Below are positions 37,234 through 51,509 of a stretch of 64,000 bases of DNA, piece after piece (the stretch's first letter is position 1; the number at the start of each line of letters is the position of its first letter). The stretch lies in the NCBI RefSeq assembly GCF_009914755.1, contig NC_060942.1; one strand, 5' to 3'. The notes beneath the pieces are model-generated. The model had not been told where the DNA came from. It did not search any database and was given only the letters and a program-made list of their open reading frames with translations. The position numbers and the translations under genes are program-made. The stretch is from the human T2T-CHM13v2.0 reference genome, Homo sapiens.

Positions 37234-37290
37234 GGTAAACCGTCCATGGTGTGGATGACTTCGACCACCTACCACATTTGTCAGTTCTCA
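37234..37290 (-). ncRNA. MIR7153: microRNA 7153 hairpin
   Basis: Minus strand reads TGAGAACTGACAAATGTGGTAGG (5p) ... CACCATGGACGGTTTACC (3p), matching recalled miR-7153 arms; imperfect fold-back. Confidence 0.8.
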
Positions 37291-37831
37291 CCACACCGAG
37301 CACAGGAGCTCGAGTAAACACGCTAGCTGGAATGTAAGCTCCAGGAAGGCAGGACGGTGCTGCCCACCATGACACAGCTGAAGGGTCCTTAGAAATCACC
37401 TAGTCAAACCACCCCATTGACAAGGAAACCCCCAGTTTGGAGAAGGAGGCCGGAGTCAAAGGCAGACCTCCTGAGCTCCACTCCCAGACCTTTCGCCAGC
37501 ACGGGGTGACCTCCAACTCCCTCAGAGAACACAGCCCTCCCCCTTTGGCTTCCAGCTGGAGCGTGAATTCCCGAAGGACAGCTTCACTAGATGCCCAGAT
37601 TTAGGAAAACTGTAAAGCAGAAATATCATTCCATTTTTAAAGCAACACAACCTCCCCACGTGATAGCTATTAGTAAATAGCTCACAGCTGCGAGGAGGGG
37701 CTCCAAAGGACACAACACCCTGTGCCATGGGGTTTCCACGAAGATACATTCCTAGGTGTGGGCACGGTACTCCTCCCCTCCCTGCGGCAACGCGACGGGA
37801 TGGCACCGGCGCGCTCTGGGGTTCGGAACGA

Positions 37832-37848
37832 GGCCAGCAGGGGGCGGT
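37832..37848 (+). promoter_or_regulatory. Candidate CTCF site in a small CpG-rich patch
   Basis: GGCCAGCAGGGGGCGGT matches the CCASYAGRKGGC core; CpG cluster 37760-37850. Confidence 0.65.
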
Positions 37849-39019
37849 CTACACCACTGAGTGTTTTCCCAGCTCGGTTTGTTGTTTGGAAGGAAATTCA
37901 CGTGTGATCAATCACACCTTAAATATCTTCTGTAGCTATAAATATCAAACATATGTTTTCTAAATGGTTTACACTCCTTATCTCCCCTTTTATAAGTTCA
38001 ATAGTAGAGAGGTCGTGGTGAGGGACAGAGAAGGAACACCAGACCTGGGTCCGCTGAAGAAACAAGCCCAACAGGAAACTGCCAGGCGAGACCGCTCAGT
38101 TGCCTCCCAAACACAGATGGAAGACAGGATTTTCTGGAATCACAGCAAAAGAAAAAAAAAAGCCTCAGCTTTGAACATCTCGACAGCAAATTCAATGTCT
38201 AGTCTTTATTATTGAGCAAGTTCCCTAAAACTTCAAAGAGGTAAGCACATCAAAAAAGTACTAAGTATGAAACCCTGGGAATATAAACACATAAGAGACA
38301 TCCTCCTGTCTTTGAGGAACTGATAACAAAGGGGAAAGAAGATACTATCTCAGGAGTGCTCTGAGCGTGGTTAAGGGCGTGATTCATCCCTATTTAATCA
38401 ATATAGCTAGGGAAGAAGATTCCAACTAAGCATGAAAGAATAGATGGGACTCCAACCAGATTGTGGAGCACTGGAAACCAAGATAGTACATGTAGCCATT
38501 TTTAAGTTTGAATAGCAATTATCTTTCTAGTACGTAATCAGGGTGCAAAGCTTATACCCCTCATAAAAGAGTTTACTGAAGTTCAGCTACAACTTCCAGA
38601 TCAACACTTCTCCCCAACCAACCCACCTTTTACTTTGTCCCTCCCCCAAGGGGCTCAGGCCCACTACTGGGGGTAACTCAGCAGGACATAAGCCAAAATT
38701 AGGCCATCAGTATCGTGCTTTGGAACGGATTTCATTCTCGATTTTTGAATCCCTTGAATCTCTGTGGTATTGTTAGGAAGGATGGTGTCCTTTATATAGC
38801 TTTCCATAAAAAGTGTCTGATTTGTCTGGATGTCCAGCACATTTTAACAAACTCAAGCCTCTAGACCTGGGAGCTGGACCATTGCTTCTACAACAAAGGC
38901 AAGTCAGACACAGGGATGGAGCCAGTTCCTCTGGTCTCATGTGTGTGGGGGCCTTCCTGTGCCAATGAATCTACCTCTACCACTCACCCCACCCTAGCTG
39001 CATCCCAATCAACAGACAG

Positions 39020-39175
39020 AGCTTGGTGTGGTGGCACCACCTGTAGGCCCAACTACTCGGGAGGCTGAGGTGCGAGGATCACTTGAGTGCAGGAGTTGGA
39101 GGCTAAAATGAGCTATGATCATGCCCCCCCTGCACTCTAGCCTGGGCAACATGGAAAGACCCCATCTCTAAAAAA
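39020..39175 (+). mobile_element. Alu monomer (FRAM/FAM-like)
   Basis: CTACTCGGGAGGCTGAGG...TGCACTCTAGCCTGGGCAAC. Confidence 0.8.
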
Positions 39176-39599
39176 TAGATACAATACAAAACAGACACCA
39201 AAAAAGAAGCACCAGAATTTACTTTGTTCTAAGGGATATAGGCTTTGTCACTTCAACAGTCAGGTCATGGGAGTTCTCAGAAAGTGTTTTGACATTTGCT
39301 CCCTAGCAGAGGAAAGTCATTTGTGAAACTATTTTTAAACAGCAAAACTAAAAAGGTGGGGTGCCATCTCAGATGCTCATTAGACATTGAGTCCAGAGCT
39401 GCTTTGGGGGGTAAGACAGAGACACTGTGCTCTAAATACCAGCACAAGCATGAAGGACAGCGACCACAATCTGTGCAGCCAGTCCACTTCTTTAGGAAAT
39501 TCGATTGTAAATACTTTGGAGCTGATGAGCTCTCCTGTGTCATCTTCATATCATGAAACCTAATAAAGGTCTCCGAATGCCTGCTTCCCCAGCACCTCC

Positions 39600-41462
39600 A
39601 CACAGTAACAATTTCTTGCAGTTTCCATTTCCCTCAAACCTCCCACTGTTGCTGCCACCCTATGGAAGATGATCTTATCTCAAATACTTCAGAGAAAATC
39701 TGAAGACGCCGGTGAGGAATTCTGACGCATCCTGACGCCATTTCACCAGAGCCTGTGCGCAGCAATGCCACTCACTGCATCTTTTTTTTTTTAAAACTAA
39801 AACGAGAGCCCTTTCTTCCTATCAAAAGGCAGCACTTCTCTAGATGCTTCCGAGTAGCCCTGGCCCACCCAGCCTCCTCAGGCACTCCACTCCCTTTTTC
39901 CCTCTTTCTCATAAAACCTCAGCCTTTTCTCACAAAATGCCTCTCCATTGGCATCCGTGCCTGCTCTCCTTTGCCCCTGGGAGCCCCCCCCCCAGGATTT
40001 GGTCCCCTCCAGCTCCTTGCTCTCTCTTCCCATCGGAGCTTTGTTTTGATTCATCTGGCCATCCGTCCGTCCACTCTTCCTCAGCCCCACTCCTCAGCAC
40101 CCCCCAGTCGGACATCCAGCCACTAAAACACTCTCCTTTAGGCCAGCAGAGGCTTGCGTGATGATAAGCCTGCCATCTTGCTCAGTTTCTTCATGGCTCT
40201 TGGAAGCCTTGCACACCGCTAAGCTTCTTGAAACACCCACTCCCCGGCTTCCTGAGGAACCACTCTCTGTTTACCCTCTGACCCTCTGGCCACATTTTCT
40301 GAGTTTCCTTTCAGAGCTCCTGCTCCTTCTCCAAGCCTAGTTTGAACATTGGAATTTATCAAAATCCTGCTTTCAACTCACTTCAGTTCTCACTCTGTGA
40401 TCTCTCTTCAAAGGTCTCACCCACTCCCATGGCTTCAAACATGTTCACAATGCCAAATTTCCGTCTCTCGACCCAATCTCTGCTCTGAATTCCAGCCCTC
40501 CAGATCAACTCCCAACTGCACATCCCCGTGTGAAGGTCTCACATTGCCTCAACCTCAGAAGGTCCCAAAACCAGTGCAGAGTCAGCCTCCCCCCAACACA
40601 AGCTCATCCCACTTCACAAAATGGTTCTTCCATGGGAAAGTCATTTGTGCTGAGGACAAACTCATCCTTGATCCCTTTGTCCCTCCGCACTTGCATCCAA
40701 CATGGCATTGAGTCCTACCCATTCTGTGTCCTAAATATATTTCAACCTCATCCACTTTTCTCCGTCTCTACTCCCTGTAACCTAACCAAAGCAACTATCA
40801 TTTCCATGGCCTGACACTCCCAAGAGCATCCTACAGGCTTTCTTTCCCCCATCCGTGCTCCAAACAGCAGCTAGTTGGGAGAACATTACTTCCACAAACT
40901 TTTAAGTCACTGAAACCGTGATCTTCAGCGTGGTGTCAGGCCCCATGCAGTCTCACCTCCAGCCAGTCCTCCTCTGGGACACATGCCCCAGACACAGGGC
41001 TGTATTTTTTATTCTTGGGTGCCAAGCTTTCTTTGACCTGGGAGGTTTCTTTCATGGGTTTGCTGTATCTCTAACCCTCTTCTTTCCTGCCCTCCTAATT
41101 CCCTTCTCCATCTCTCCTTCCCTCCTCCTCTATCCAATCCAACCAGACCAATTCTTTTCGTACCTTAGAGTCTTAACTTGAATGTTTCTCTCTTAGGGAC
41201 ATTTTTCTGATGGCCAACATCTTTAGAAAAGTTTGTATCCTCTTATGTATTCATAACATTTCTCCAACTGTGTGATTGCAACTACCCAATTGTAATTAAG
41301 TAATTACTTGTTTAAAGTGACATCTGCCTTTCTAAATGACCAGCTCCGTGATTTGTACATGGCTGGGCCTGTACATGGCTGGGCTCACCATTGCTTCCCT
41401 CCACCCTAGAGCAGGTCCTAACACTCTCAAGCCAGTAAATATTTGCCGAATGAGTTAATGAA
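39600..41462 (+). mobile_element. L2 fragments
   Basis: Pyrimidine-rich L2 body ending TAAATATTTGCCGAATGAGTTAATGAA. Confidence 0.65.
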
Positions 41463-43667
41463 CCCTCAGCTCCAGCTATTGTGTGAGCAAGAGTTGCATC
41501 ACACCTTCTCATGCACCTCTTCAGAGCCTCAAGGCCTCATGAATCCTTAGTCCAGCTCTTCATGGGCTCAGGAGGATGGTTGCAAGTCCCAGTCTGCCCA
41601 GGAAGCACTCCCAGTCACCCTTGTTGCCCTGGCATAATTATTGCGACGCCCCCCCACCCCGGTTCACTCTCAAAGTGCCCTGGTTTGAACTATAAAAAAT
41701 AGGCTCAACGCATGCTCTGATGGGCCTGATGCAGGCACAGTGTGAAAGAGGCCACATGCCTCTTGCCCCCAATGCTGGAGAGGTCACTGGTTGACACCAC
41801 AGGTGATCTCACCCCTGGGGTGCATGAGTCCAAGGGTAGGGGAGTTAGCATCCCAACTGGAGAGGAGAGCCAGTCCAGGAATCCCCCTTTTTCCATGGCA
41901 GAGGAGGCATCCCCGGAACGAGGTTGGTGTGGCTTCTCAGAGCCACAGTCCCAAGCTCCCTGATATGAGCTCTCTCCCTATCTCTCTTCTTTATCCCCAC
42001 CCCTCCTTCCTTCTGCATCAGGCTTTGATTTCTGGAGAACCCAGATTAAAATGAGGATTTACTTCCATGTGGCCCTAAAGGAAAGAATTAGAACTGAAGA
42101 GTAGGAGAGCAGGAACACGAGAAGATACATTTTGGTTCAATATGCAGCCAACCTGACAGAAGCACACATATGGAATTATCTTCCTGGGGGAAGAGTTCTC
42201 TGTCATTCATAGGTGTTCAGACAGAAGCTAGACAGTCACAGACAGGACTATTGCAAGGAAGAGCTCAGTATCCGATTGGGCTGGGTTAGCTTTTCATTGC
42301 CTTCCTATTGAGGATTCCAAGATGCAATATTTAATGAAAAGTTATTTCATATGTCTACCTTGCTTAGAGAAAGTAATTGAAATGTGGAGAGAGATTTAAT
42401 TGGCAAACCTTATCCAAAGTATTGTTTCCCATGAATAGTCTGGCTCACCATGTGCTCAGAGAAGGGCAAAATGGCCAGAAGATCCTGACTTAACATTGAA
42501 AAAAGGTACAATTATCCCCAAACATTTCCAGCTGACATAAATATGCACACCCCATCTAAAAAGTACAGCAAACCTGAAAGCCCCATTGGCTGATACTAGT
42601 AACCCATTTCTCTGGAATCAGATGATTTATTTTCCTTTGAATGTATCATTTCTGAAGTAATAGGTTAATATTATTTTTAAGTTAATTTTTTTAAAGGTCT
42701 GTCTGAATGTTCAAAGATAAAGTTCGCATCACCCTCCCATACTGGCAAGATAGAGTTTGGTATTGTTTTCAAATACGAAGTCACTTTCCTTCTCAAGGAA
42801 CTGGCCTGGGAGTGTCTCGGAGAAGTTAAATGCAGTGTGGGCTCAGCCACAAAACCGAATAATGCCACTGCAACAACTTGATTCTCAGGAGGGAAAGAAG
42901 ACTGGCTCGGAGTACATCGGTGGCTACGGAAACCAGCCCTGTGGACACTGGAGAGAAGATGTTTCCATCTAAGTCTATTAAAAAAACCCCAAGACTCCAG
43001 CAAATTCAGGCCTGTAAATGTTAGAAGCGGTTTGGTACGGTGATTAGGTTAAGGCATCAAGGACACAGCTCCAGGACACTGTGTGGGTGGCGGCGCCACG
43101 GGTCCAGAAACCAGGAGGGAGGGAAGGGGGGTGTATTCCTCCTGCCCAGCAGGCAAAGCAGTCCACCAGGTGGGTAGTGTCTCCAGCACACAAGCTGGGT
43201 TTTCAGGGCAGTGTTCCAGCACCAGCAAGGGTCTGGGGTGCTAGACAGGGAAACTGAGGCAGAGACCCACCCACACAAACTGGAACAACTTGGCAGAGGA
43301 AAAGAAGACACAGGCAGATGCACACCTCAGTGCCTTCAGCGGGCACACAGGCACTCCAGCGCACCGGGGAGAATGATGACAAGAACCAGGTCAGACCTCA
43401 CCAGATAAGATTAGCCCAAGAACGAAGGGAAGAAAAATACCCAGGCGGGAACCCACAGAAATGTCAATGGAAGCAGCTAAGCAGGACACCCCTTGACACT
43501 TCTTGAGGCATGACTGGCATGTGCCTGGACCTTGTTTTTATTCGAGTGCCCATTTGCCATTCCCAGGGCCTATGTCCTAAGTCCACCTAGAAGCCCCGGC
43601 TCCCAAGCCTCTCTGAAGTGCATCATTTTTCCCACTGCATGCACTTTTTGGCATCTGCTGGAGCTCA

Positions 43668-44261
43668 TGAAAGCATCCCTGTAAACTTTACAAAATTAAT
43701 CAAGGAATAAAGGAAGGCGAGAAATGAAAATAAACCCAGCTGGCGGCACACTCAGCATTCATCATTAGGTCAGCAGCTCTCTGATCCACTTTCTCATAGC
43801 TGTTTGGTGCCAGTTGCCTCAGAATCCCGTGGACCCTGTTACAAGATTATAGTTCCCCTTGACTGCCCTATCGATAACAACTTCAACATTACAAAACGTC
43901 AAATTTCCCTTTGAGATATTCTTTCAGGTCCTGCATATCAGTGAAACTGCTGACTCAGCTGGTCTGAAGGAACCTAGGAGAAGCTGACTCACCAAGGATG
44001 GCAGTTTCCACATCCTAATGAGTTCCTCCCCTTTTCCCCAACCAATCAATGACTCTAATTTTCCAGTCCCTCATCTTCCACGATCCCCTTAAGGGTCCCA
44101 GCCCAGAACTTCTCTGGGAGATGGATTTGAGGGTCTCCTCCCATCTCTTTGCTCAACACCCTGTGATCACGAAACTCCCATCTCTGCTGCAAACCCTGCT
44201 GTCTCCATGTCATTGATCTGTGACTGCACAGCAAGCATGTGAACCTGTTGGTCCTGTAACA
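43668..44261 (+). mobile_element. ERV1-class solo LTR
   Basis: TG...CA termini (TGAAAGCATCCC ... GTCCTGTAACA), near-TSD CTCA/CTCT. Confidence 0.8.
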
Positions 44262-45089
44262 CTCTCATTGGAACCATTTCATGGAACTACTTTTCCTTCA
44301 GGTTGAGCTTGTAACAGGGACCAGAGTCACTGCAGAATTCAACAGTTGTCCTCCTCATTGCCCTCTTCTCTTCGATCAACCAGGTTTCATTTTCAGCCCA
44401 GTTCTCCAAAATGAGTAATGTGCCGCATTTTGAGCATTCATGTGAGAACAAGCAGTGAACGAGAATTCTGTGAACATCGGTTCTCCAGCTCCAGAGCCCT
44501 CGGGTCTCTCCTACATCCATCTCTTAAGTTCTCACTGAAGGCACTACTTCCCTCACCTTTATACCTTTCCTCCCTCGTGGAAACAATGATGCTTCTTATA
44601 GCATCATACTGGGATTACGCTACCAGTATCCACGTACATCTATTCAAAAAACCAGATGGAAGCAGCCTGATAACGGTGATGGTCTGGCCTAAAATGATCT
44701 AGGTCTAGAATTTATAAGTGGAAGAGAGCCCTGAAAGTCCTTAGTTTAATTCCTGTATTCATAAATGTGAGGATTAAGAATTAAAGGGACTAAGTGACTT
44801 GCTCCTTTGGATTTGCCCAAGGACCCACAGCTAGCTGCCAGCTAGTGGCAGCAATGGAACTAGAATCCAAATGAAAGTTTTCCCCATCTCACATACTCCC
44901 AATTTTTACAGAACAGATAAGGGAAAACTCATGGCACCACTTGGAAACTGGTTACTCCAGATATCTTCCTCTCCAGCTCATGTCCACCAAATGACAGCCA
45001 ATCACATTTGACAATGTAAAAATCAATGTTCACCCAGCACTTTCTATGCACTTTTCCCCAAAGTCCCTACTTTGGGGAAAACAGGAGAG

Positions 45090-45660
45090 TAAGATGAAGC
45101 CATTCCATTCCATGGCTCAAGAGCTCATGATCTAGTTGGAGAAGTGAGACATTCATCCAATAGTTCTGGCAAGTGACCACACGCCAGGCACTGCTGGAGA
45201 TACTGACAAGGCATGAGCTAAGCAGACTTGGTGCGGGACACGGACAACGTGAAAGCGAGGCAAATAAACAGACAAGAAGAGTTCAGATGGAGCCCATCAG
45301 GGGCAGTGTGAGGGAGAATGTCTGACCACTTACAAAGATGGGGAGGCTGGAGGCCAGCTCTTCTCAGAGGTGTGATATTTGAGCCGGTATGCTTGGAGAA
45401 GAAATAGACAGTCTGCAAAAACCTGGGAGAAGAGATTTCCTGGGACAAGGGACAAGGAGGCACAGGCCAGAGGAGCAGGTAACCAAGGAGGAGGAGGGTG
45501 CGAGTTGACCCTCAGAGAGTCAGGCACAAAACCAGGACAGGCAGGGTTCATTTAGCCCAGGTGAGGAGTTTGGATTTTTTTCTAAGGGGCCAGAGGGCTT
45601 TATGCACAGGACAGACATCATCTGACCATCATCCCAAAGCTAAAACAGAAGTCCACATGT
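45090..45660 (-). mobile_element. L2 fragment
   Basis: CCAGGCACTG...GAGGAGTTTGGATTTTTTCTAAGGG antisense L2 motifs. Confidence 0.55.
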
Positions 45661-48600
45661 AGACTGTGACAAATGAGTGTGCTGCCACCACAGAGGGACA
45701 GCTGAGAGGTAGCTGGGAGGCTGGCTGAGGGTGGCAGACATGAGAAGGGGGACAAGGTCACCACAGAAGCATCACAAGGAAGGCATCTGTTTGGCTGTTT
45801 CGGTGTCTGAGCACACATTTGCTTATTTCCGGTCTTGGAGGGAATGGCAGCTTTTTTGTGATCCCAGTTACCTCTGTGTTTCCCTCTCCAGTGCTGAAAT
45901 ATACAGGCCGAATAATTTCCTTAACATTCCTGTTGGTTGTGGGAGCATATGGAAGATGTTACTAATTTGGGAAGAAGAGGAAAAGCTTTCCAAGAAGGAG
46001 GAAAACCTTTCCAAGAAGTAGGAAAAGCATGCAGAGACACCTGGACAAGAGGCTTCATGCAAAGCTGGGGGGATGAACCCCAAGAGGCAAAATGCATGAC
46101 CTGAAGTTTCCCACCAGGCACAGAGCAGAGTGGGTGGCTGGGGAGGCCACCAGGGGTGGACTCCTGGCCCTCAGCAGTCCAGCTCAGGGTGCCGCTTTAT
46201 CCTGAGAGTATAGTGGGTTTCCACAGAAATCAATGCCTAAGAGTGAGGGACCGGGTGTGCCTGTTAAGTGTCATTCAGGCTGTGGTATGGGGACGAGGCT
46301 GAATATGAGACAGAATGGAATGGGTGAGGCTGTCTGGGGGATGGAACAGTGATTCAGGTGAGAATCAAGGAGCCCCCAGCTAGGATGGACGAGAGGTCAT
46401 TCACCAAACCTCAGAGTGGCATCCAGAATGTCACACTGCTCTCTTCACGTGGGCCAGATAAGAAACTGTTAAAAGTAAAATAGCCAGATGCTCAGGGCCT
46501 TACTTTGTGGATGATGATTTAACACGTAACACGGAGCACTTCCAACATAACCAGATGCTAGACACTTTCCACCTATTGTCTTTATTTGAGGCTCACAGCA
46601 GTCCTGACAGTAGATAGAGACTATGTCAGGAAGGAGACCCAGGAAGCACAGCCGTGGCTGTCAGAGCCTGGCTGAGGTGGCTGGGTGGTCCCCACTGTGC
46701 TCAGAGCGTGGGCACATTGGGACCCCTTCAACAAAGAAGAAGGCAAGCGGCATCTCAGTGGACTCCTAGCCCTGTTAACAGGGGAGTTGGGGGAAGCAGC
46801 CTTTAAAAGAATGCTGGGGTTGCCACCGGGTTTCAGACATCAGACATCCATGGCCAGGTCCTGGCACCCTCATCCTGAGCCTTCCCTGGCTCCCCTTAAC
46901 TCCCTTCCTGTCCAAATTCCTCACTGACAACCTCCTCAACTTTCTTATTTTCCAACCCTGAAGAGCAAGAGCAAGAGAGAGAGGTATTAACAAAAAGTGC
47001 CTTTTTCTGCCTGCAGAGCCCTCCCTAGGCTCTGAAACCCCGATCGCAAGGAAGGCTCTTGAACCTCACCACCCTGCCCCTCGCTTTCTGCCAGGCTGTG
47101 GGAAACCGATGCCTCCTCAACATTGTTGCACACTCTTGAGGACACTTCATGGCTGCTCTCCATGCATCCTATTTTTTTAACATACCCTCATGCCCCTTGA
47201 GTCATGAAGTTTAACATTCTCTTCAAGTTTTCCCAAAAGAACCAACTTACACAAAAGCACTGGTGAGCAACGTGGACTTTTCAAATCGGTGTGTCTACTC
47301 CGATCCTAGCGGGAAACCTCAATGTCCACATTGGACACGCCCTTTCTTCTATGTCCCTTCTCATCTGCTTGACTCTTGGGTGAGGGGGCAGCATGGCCTC
47401 TGTCTCCTCTCATCCCCTGCCACCCTCTGCACAGCATCCATCCTGGCAGGCTCCATCCCAAACGCAAAGTGATTCAGCCTTCCCATTCCTCACCTGGCAT
47501 CACCTCCCCAAACCTGGCAGTCCTTCAAGAAAGGAACACTCCATCTCAGCCCTATGCAGAAGACAGGGGTAGCCATACCTTATAAACAAGGATCTTTACA
47601 TTTTATTACTCATTTTTCTTCTGGTTCAACACATCAGTCCGGGGTTGGGCTTCATTTTTGCTCAAAGATAAGTGTCTTCTACGAGGGTCCATGTTGCAGG
47701 AGATGTGTGAAGACCACCAGCCAGCCATGGCTTCCAAAGCGGGTTAATCCTGACTGGCTCTCACTCTGAGGAATTATGCCCTTCCCAGCTCCAAACCCAA
47801 GGGGTCTTACTTCAGAGGACAGGTCATCAGGGTTTGATCAAAACTTCTAATAGTTTTCCCCCTGACAAGAATGCAAGCTGAGGATATTTTGAGGAATGAG
47901 ATGGAAAGTAAAGAGAATGGGCTCGAAGGACATTCCCAGAAAGCATCTGGGGAATAAAGAGATGTGATGGGGATTTGAGAAAGAGCAAGAAACGCTGGGC
48001 GACAGGATCGCCTTCATGGGTCTTGGTGTGGCCATATCACTCCTCACTTCAGAGCTCAGTGTGTGTGTGTTTGTCAGAAGCAAAGGTGCACCTGCCCCAA
48101 GGGTGGGTGACAGACAGAGCCTCCAGGCCACTGAGGAAGCCAGCTGGGCTTCTCCAGTGGCACTGTCCCTGAGTGAGGGACTCTGCTGGCACCTGACTGC
48201 GATGTTTGCCTATAGGTTGTGGTCAGTTGCAATTAACTGGCTTAGGCAGTAAATCATAACCTAAGAGCACACACTAAATGTCCCTCCAGGGCCAGCCTAC
48301 TTGTCACCCATGAAATGAATTCAAGCTTCTTCCTGAACAGAGAGGTTACATTCTAAATAGGTAAGAAGTCAGTCTCCAAATCATACTGTGGATCCCTTTC
48401 CTTCTATAAGGGTTTTATAAGCTTTAGCTCCCCCTGCCATTAAAAAACAAAACAAAACAGAAAAGTTCTCCCAGGATTTAGAAAAAAGAAAAATTATTGT
48501 CTCTTGTCTTCTGAGTCTTCATGTCCATCTCAGGGTTTTCTTATTTTTAGTCCTTTCTCAGAGCCCACACTTCAGCCAACCAAATTTTCTCTCTGACAAA

Positions 48601-51066
48601 CATGAATAAAGCTAAACTGTCCAAAAACAACCAAAGAAGATCCTTGTCTTCCAGGCAGAAAGACCAGGGAGGTCCTGCGTGGAGCCCCAGCTCAGCCCTG
48701 AATCCCTCCTGCGCCTGGACAGCTCCAGAATGGAGAGCACTCACTGACCCTCCCCCAGCCCTCTCCGTCTTTCCTTAACCTCAGCACACCTGAAAAAGCT
48801 GACATGTTTCAAGGACTTTAATCATCTGATTAAACACCGAAAAGTGACAAAGAAAAGTCAGTTTTATAAAGTCTAGGTTTTGAGCCCCTTGTAGCTCGTC
48901 CAGCATGTGGCTTCCCAGCTACCAAGGGTGTTGTCTGGGCTCTCCACCGAGAAAGTTCAACTTTTAAAATCTGCAATAACCTCGTTGCATCCACCCTTCT
49001 TTTGGGGAGGATCTCAGCAGCAAGGGTCACAAATTCAAATAACGACAGGGACCAGGCAGGAGACATAAAATGGCCCAAGCTGTCACCGTCAGCCTCTCTA
49101 AGGAAAAGAGGACACGGCCTCAGGGCACTCTGGGGCCCGTTCCTCAGAACCAGCCTCTTCTCACCACAGGGACACACACGCCCAAGGCCTTCTAGTCTTT
49201 TCCAGAGAAGCCAGAAACAATTTTTTTGTATGAAAGTTTCCCATTTTAAAATGCCTCTAACCAATTCAAACTGTCTTAAAATGCTGTGGGAAACAAATCC
49301 CACATCTGTGCTGCCTGGGGTCTGCCTGCGAGGGGCTGGCGTATTTTGTGGCTTAGCACAAGGGCCCCTCATGCGTCCCCACCCCAAGGGGAGGCACAGC
49401 TTTCCTGGAGTGAAAATCGTGCCAGCACCTTTCCACCAAAGCAGTCACAGCACCACCGTGCCTTCCCTCTGCCTCTCTTTTGAGAAATGCTGAAGGCTTT
49501 TTCTGAAATTGGCTATTGATCTGATTGTCATTCAGACTCACGTTTGCATTAATGCTCTCTTTAGTAAGTTAAGAATTTTCCTTTTGCTTTTTTCCAGAAG
49601 GATGGAAAGAAAGGTGGACAGAAGGGCAGATACGCTTTATTTCTGAATTACAGCTCAAGATTCAGGTGCTTCATAGCCAGAAAACTCCCTAAAGTAGCTT
49701 AGATGGAAGTACAAAAGATACGATTTTTAAATCTGTCCTTTTCAGTTCAGTACAAGGAATATTAATTCTGCCTTTAACAGCACAGACCTAACTCTGTGTC
49801 CCAGGACTATCCAGCTCTCCCACCCCTAGGTCGGACCCCAGTCAGGTGGAGCATTTTGCTTTGGGAAATTTTATCTCAGGGATTCTTTTGTTTCTGGAGT
49901 ACAGCTTTTAAAAATAGCCACATAAAATGAGGAAAATGACTGAAGTCACTGGCATTATGTCTGTCTTTTAGAAATAGTGTCATCATCACCTCAGTGCCAC
50001 CCAGCACGTGAGGGGCTCACAGGCCAGAGATGCGTCACTTCTTGACCTGTACAGGTTTTATGTCTTGTTGGGGGCCTACAACCAAGCCTGACTTTATGCA
50101 CCAGATCCCTCAGGTGGGACCCCCAGAAGTGCTCCTGATCTTTACTGGGGGCTTCGTGTCCCATCTGGGCCAGCCTGGGCCTTGCTTGGAAGTGTGATGT
50201 TGTAACATACCCTGGCAGAAAAAAAATAGGCAGTTATATCACGACTGACATAAAGGTGAGCTTTATTAAGTGCGCAAAAGAAAACACTTAGATTTGTTCA
50301 CTCAGGCAAACGTCTGAGGACATACCATTTACACACTACTTTAAATTATAAAAGACTGGACCTGTCTTAGTGTTAACTATTTGCCTTTTACAAAAGTACT
50401 GTCCCAGACATTATCTCATTTGATCCCTGCAAAACCCTCCAAGAGAGAAGACAGTGCTGGGCTCCCCCTGCTCCTGTTTTGCCAGTCAAGATAGTGAGGT
50501 GGCCTGTCTAAGCCACTGTCATCAAAGCTGTGCAAACAGAGAGCTAAATACCAGCTCAGGGCCTGTGGCTCAGGAACCGTGGCTCTTTCACCTTCCCTTG
50601 ATGGTCTTTGGGTGCGAGGGCCAGCACCAAACCTAAACATTTATAAGAAAATGCAACAATTCCTGTTGCAAAGAATATTTTGTTGAATGGGTTACTGCAT
50701 CTCAGCAAACACACTTTGGGGAGTGACAGAACAAAATCAGAAACCAATGTGGAGCACAACATCAGGGTCCATGAGATATTAGACATCCATGCCTGAACCA
50801 GGGAGCACCTGTGCCTTCGGTAGACATCAGTTGTCGACAAAAGACATGTGATTCAGTAAAAATAAAGTTCAGTGGCGAAATGAATCCTGAAAATAATTTA
50901 GAGAAAGAGAAACTAGAGTGCTGTGTTTGGTAGCAACAAGTTTGTCAGCGGGGTCTGAGAGAGAGAGAGAGAGAGAGAGAGCTGTCAGTATGGAAAAGAT
51001 TAGGCTAAAGAGCCAGAAATGCCAGGAGCCCCCAAAATCTGACTGGCCACTGTAGTTTCAGCATAT

Positions 51067-51124
51067 AAAAGTCAAAGTCGCCAAAACTTTTAAGCCAGAG
51101 TCTGCTAACCAAATGTGACTGAGG
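51067..51124 (+). repeat. Donor of junction fragment 26267-26336
   Basis: One mismatch; (AAAGTC)x2 here versus x4 in the junction. Confidence 0.92.
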
Positions 51125-51509
51125 CAGGAGTCTCAATCGATAGAGGTTTATTTAACCAGAGTTTGGGGATATGCCCAGGAAAAACATGAGTTAGAGGAGT
51201 ATCTGTAATCTGAGCTTTCCAAAGAAGGTTGTGGAGACTCAGTATTTAAAGGGGAAAAAAAAACAGCAGGAAGGAAGGGAGGGAGGGAGTGGAGGCACTA
51301 AGACAAATGGCTACACTTCCTTGTGAGCAATTCGTGACAGAGGCCATGTGAGAACCTGGCTGATGGATGAGGCTATGACACAGGGTCGTGAAGTTGTAGC
51401 TGTCTGTCTGGGAACAAAAGAAAGGTGGTATTGTGTGACTCACTTCACAAGCTTAACTTTCCCTTTGGCATACTGAGTTTCAGGGTCCCAAGATTTTATT
51501 TTCTTCTAC
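51103..51509 (-). mobile_element. MER4-group ERV1 LTR
   Basis: Reverse complement starts TGTAGAAGAAAATAAAATCTTGGGACCC...GCCAAAGGGAAAGTTAAGCT. Confidence 0.7.

Noticed and set aside
45974-46028. 21-bp imperfect tandem repeat GAGGAAAA(G/C)CTTTCCAAGAAG
   Set aside because: Ordinary local duplication with no further structure
43160-46160. Weaker CTCF-like motifs (CCACCAGGTGGG at ~43163, CCACCAGGGGTGG at ~46148)
   Set aside because: Mismatch the GGC core end; expected by chance
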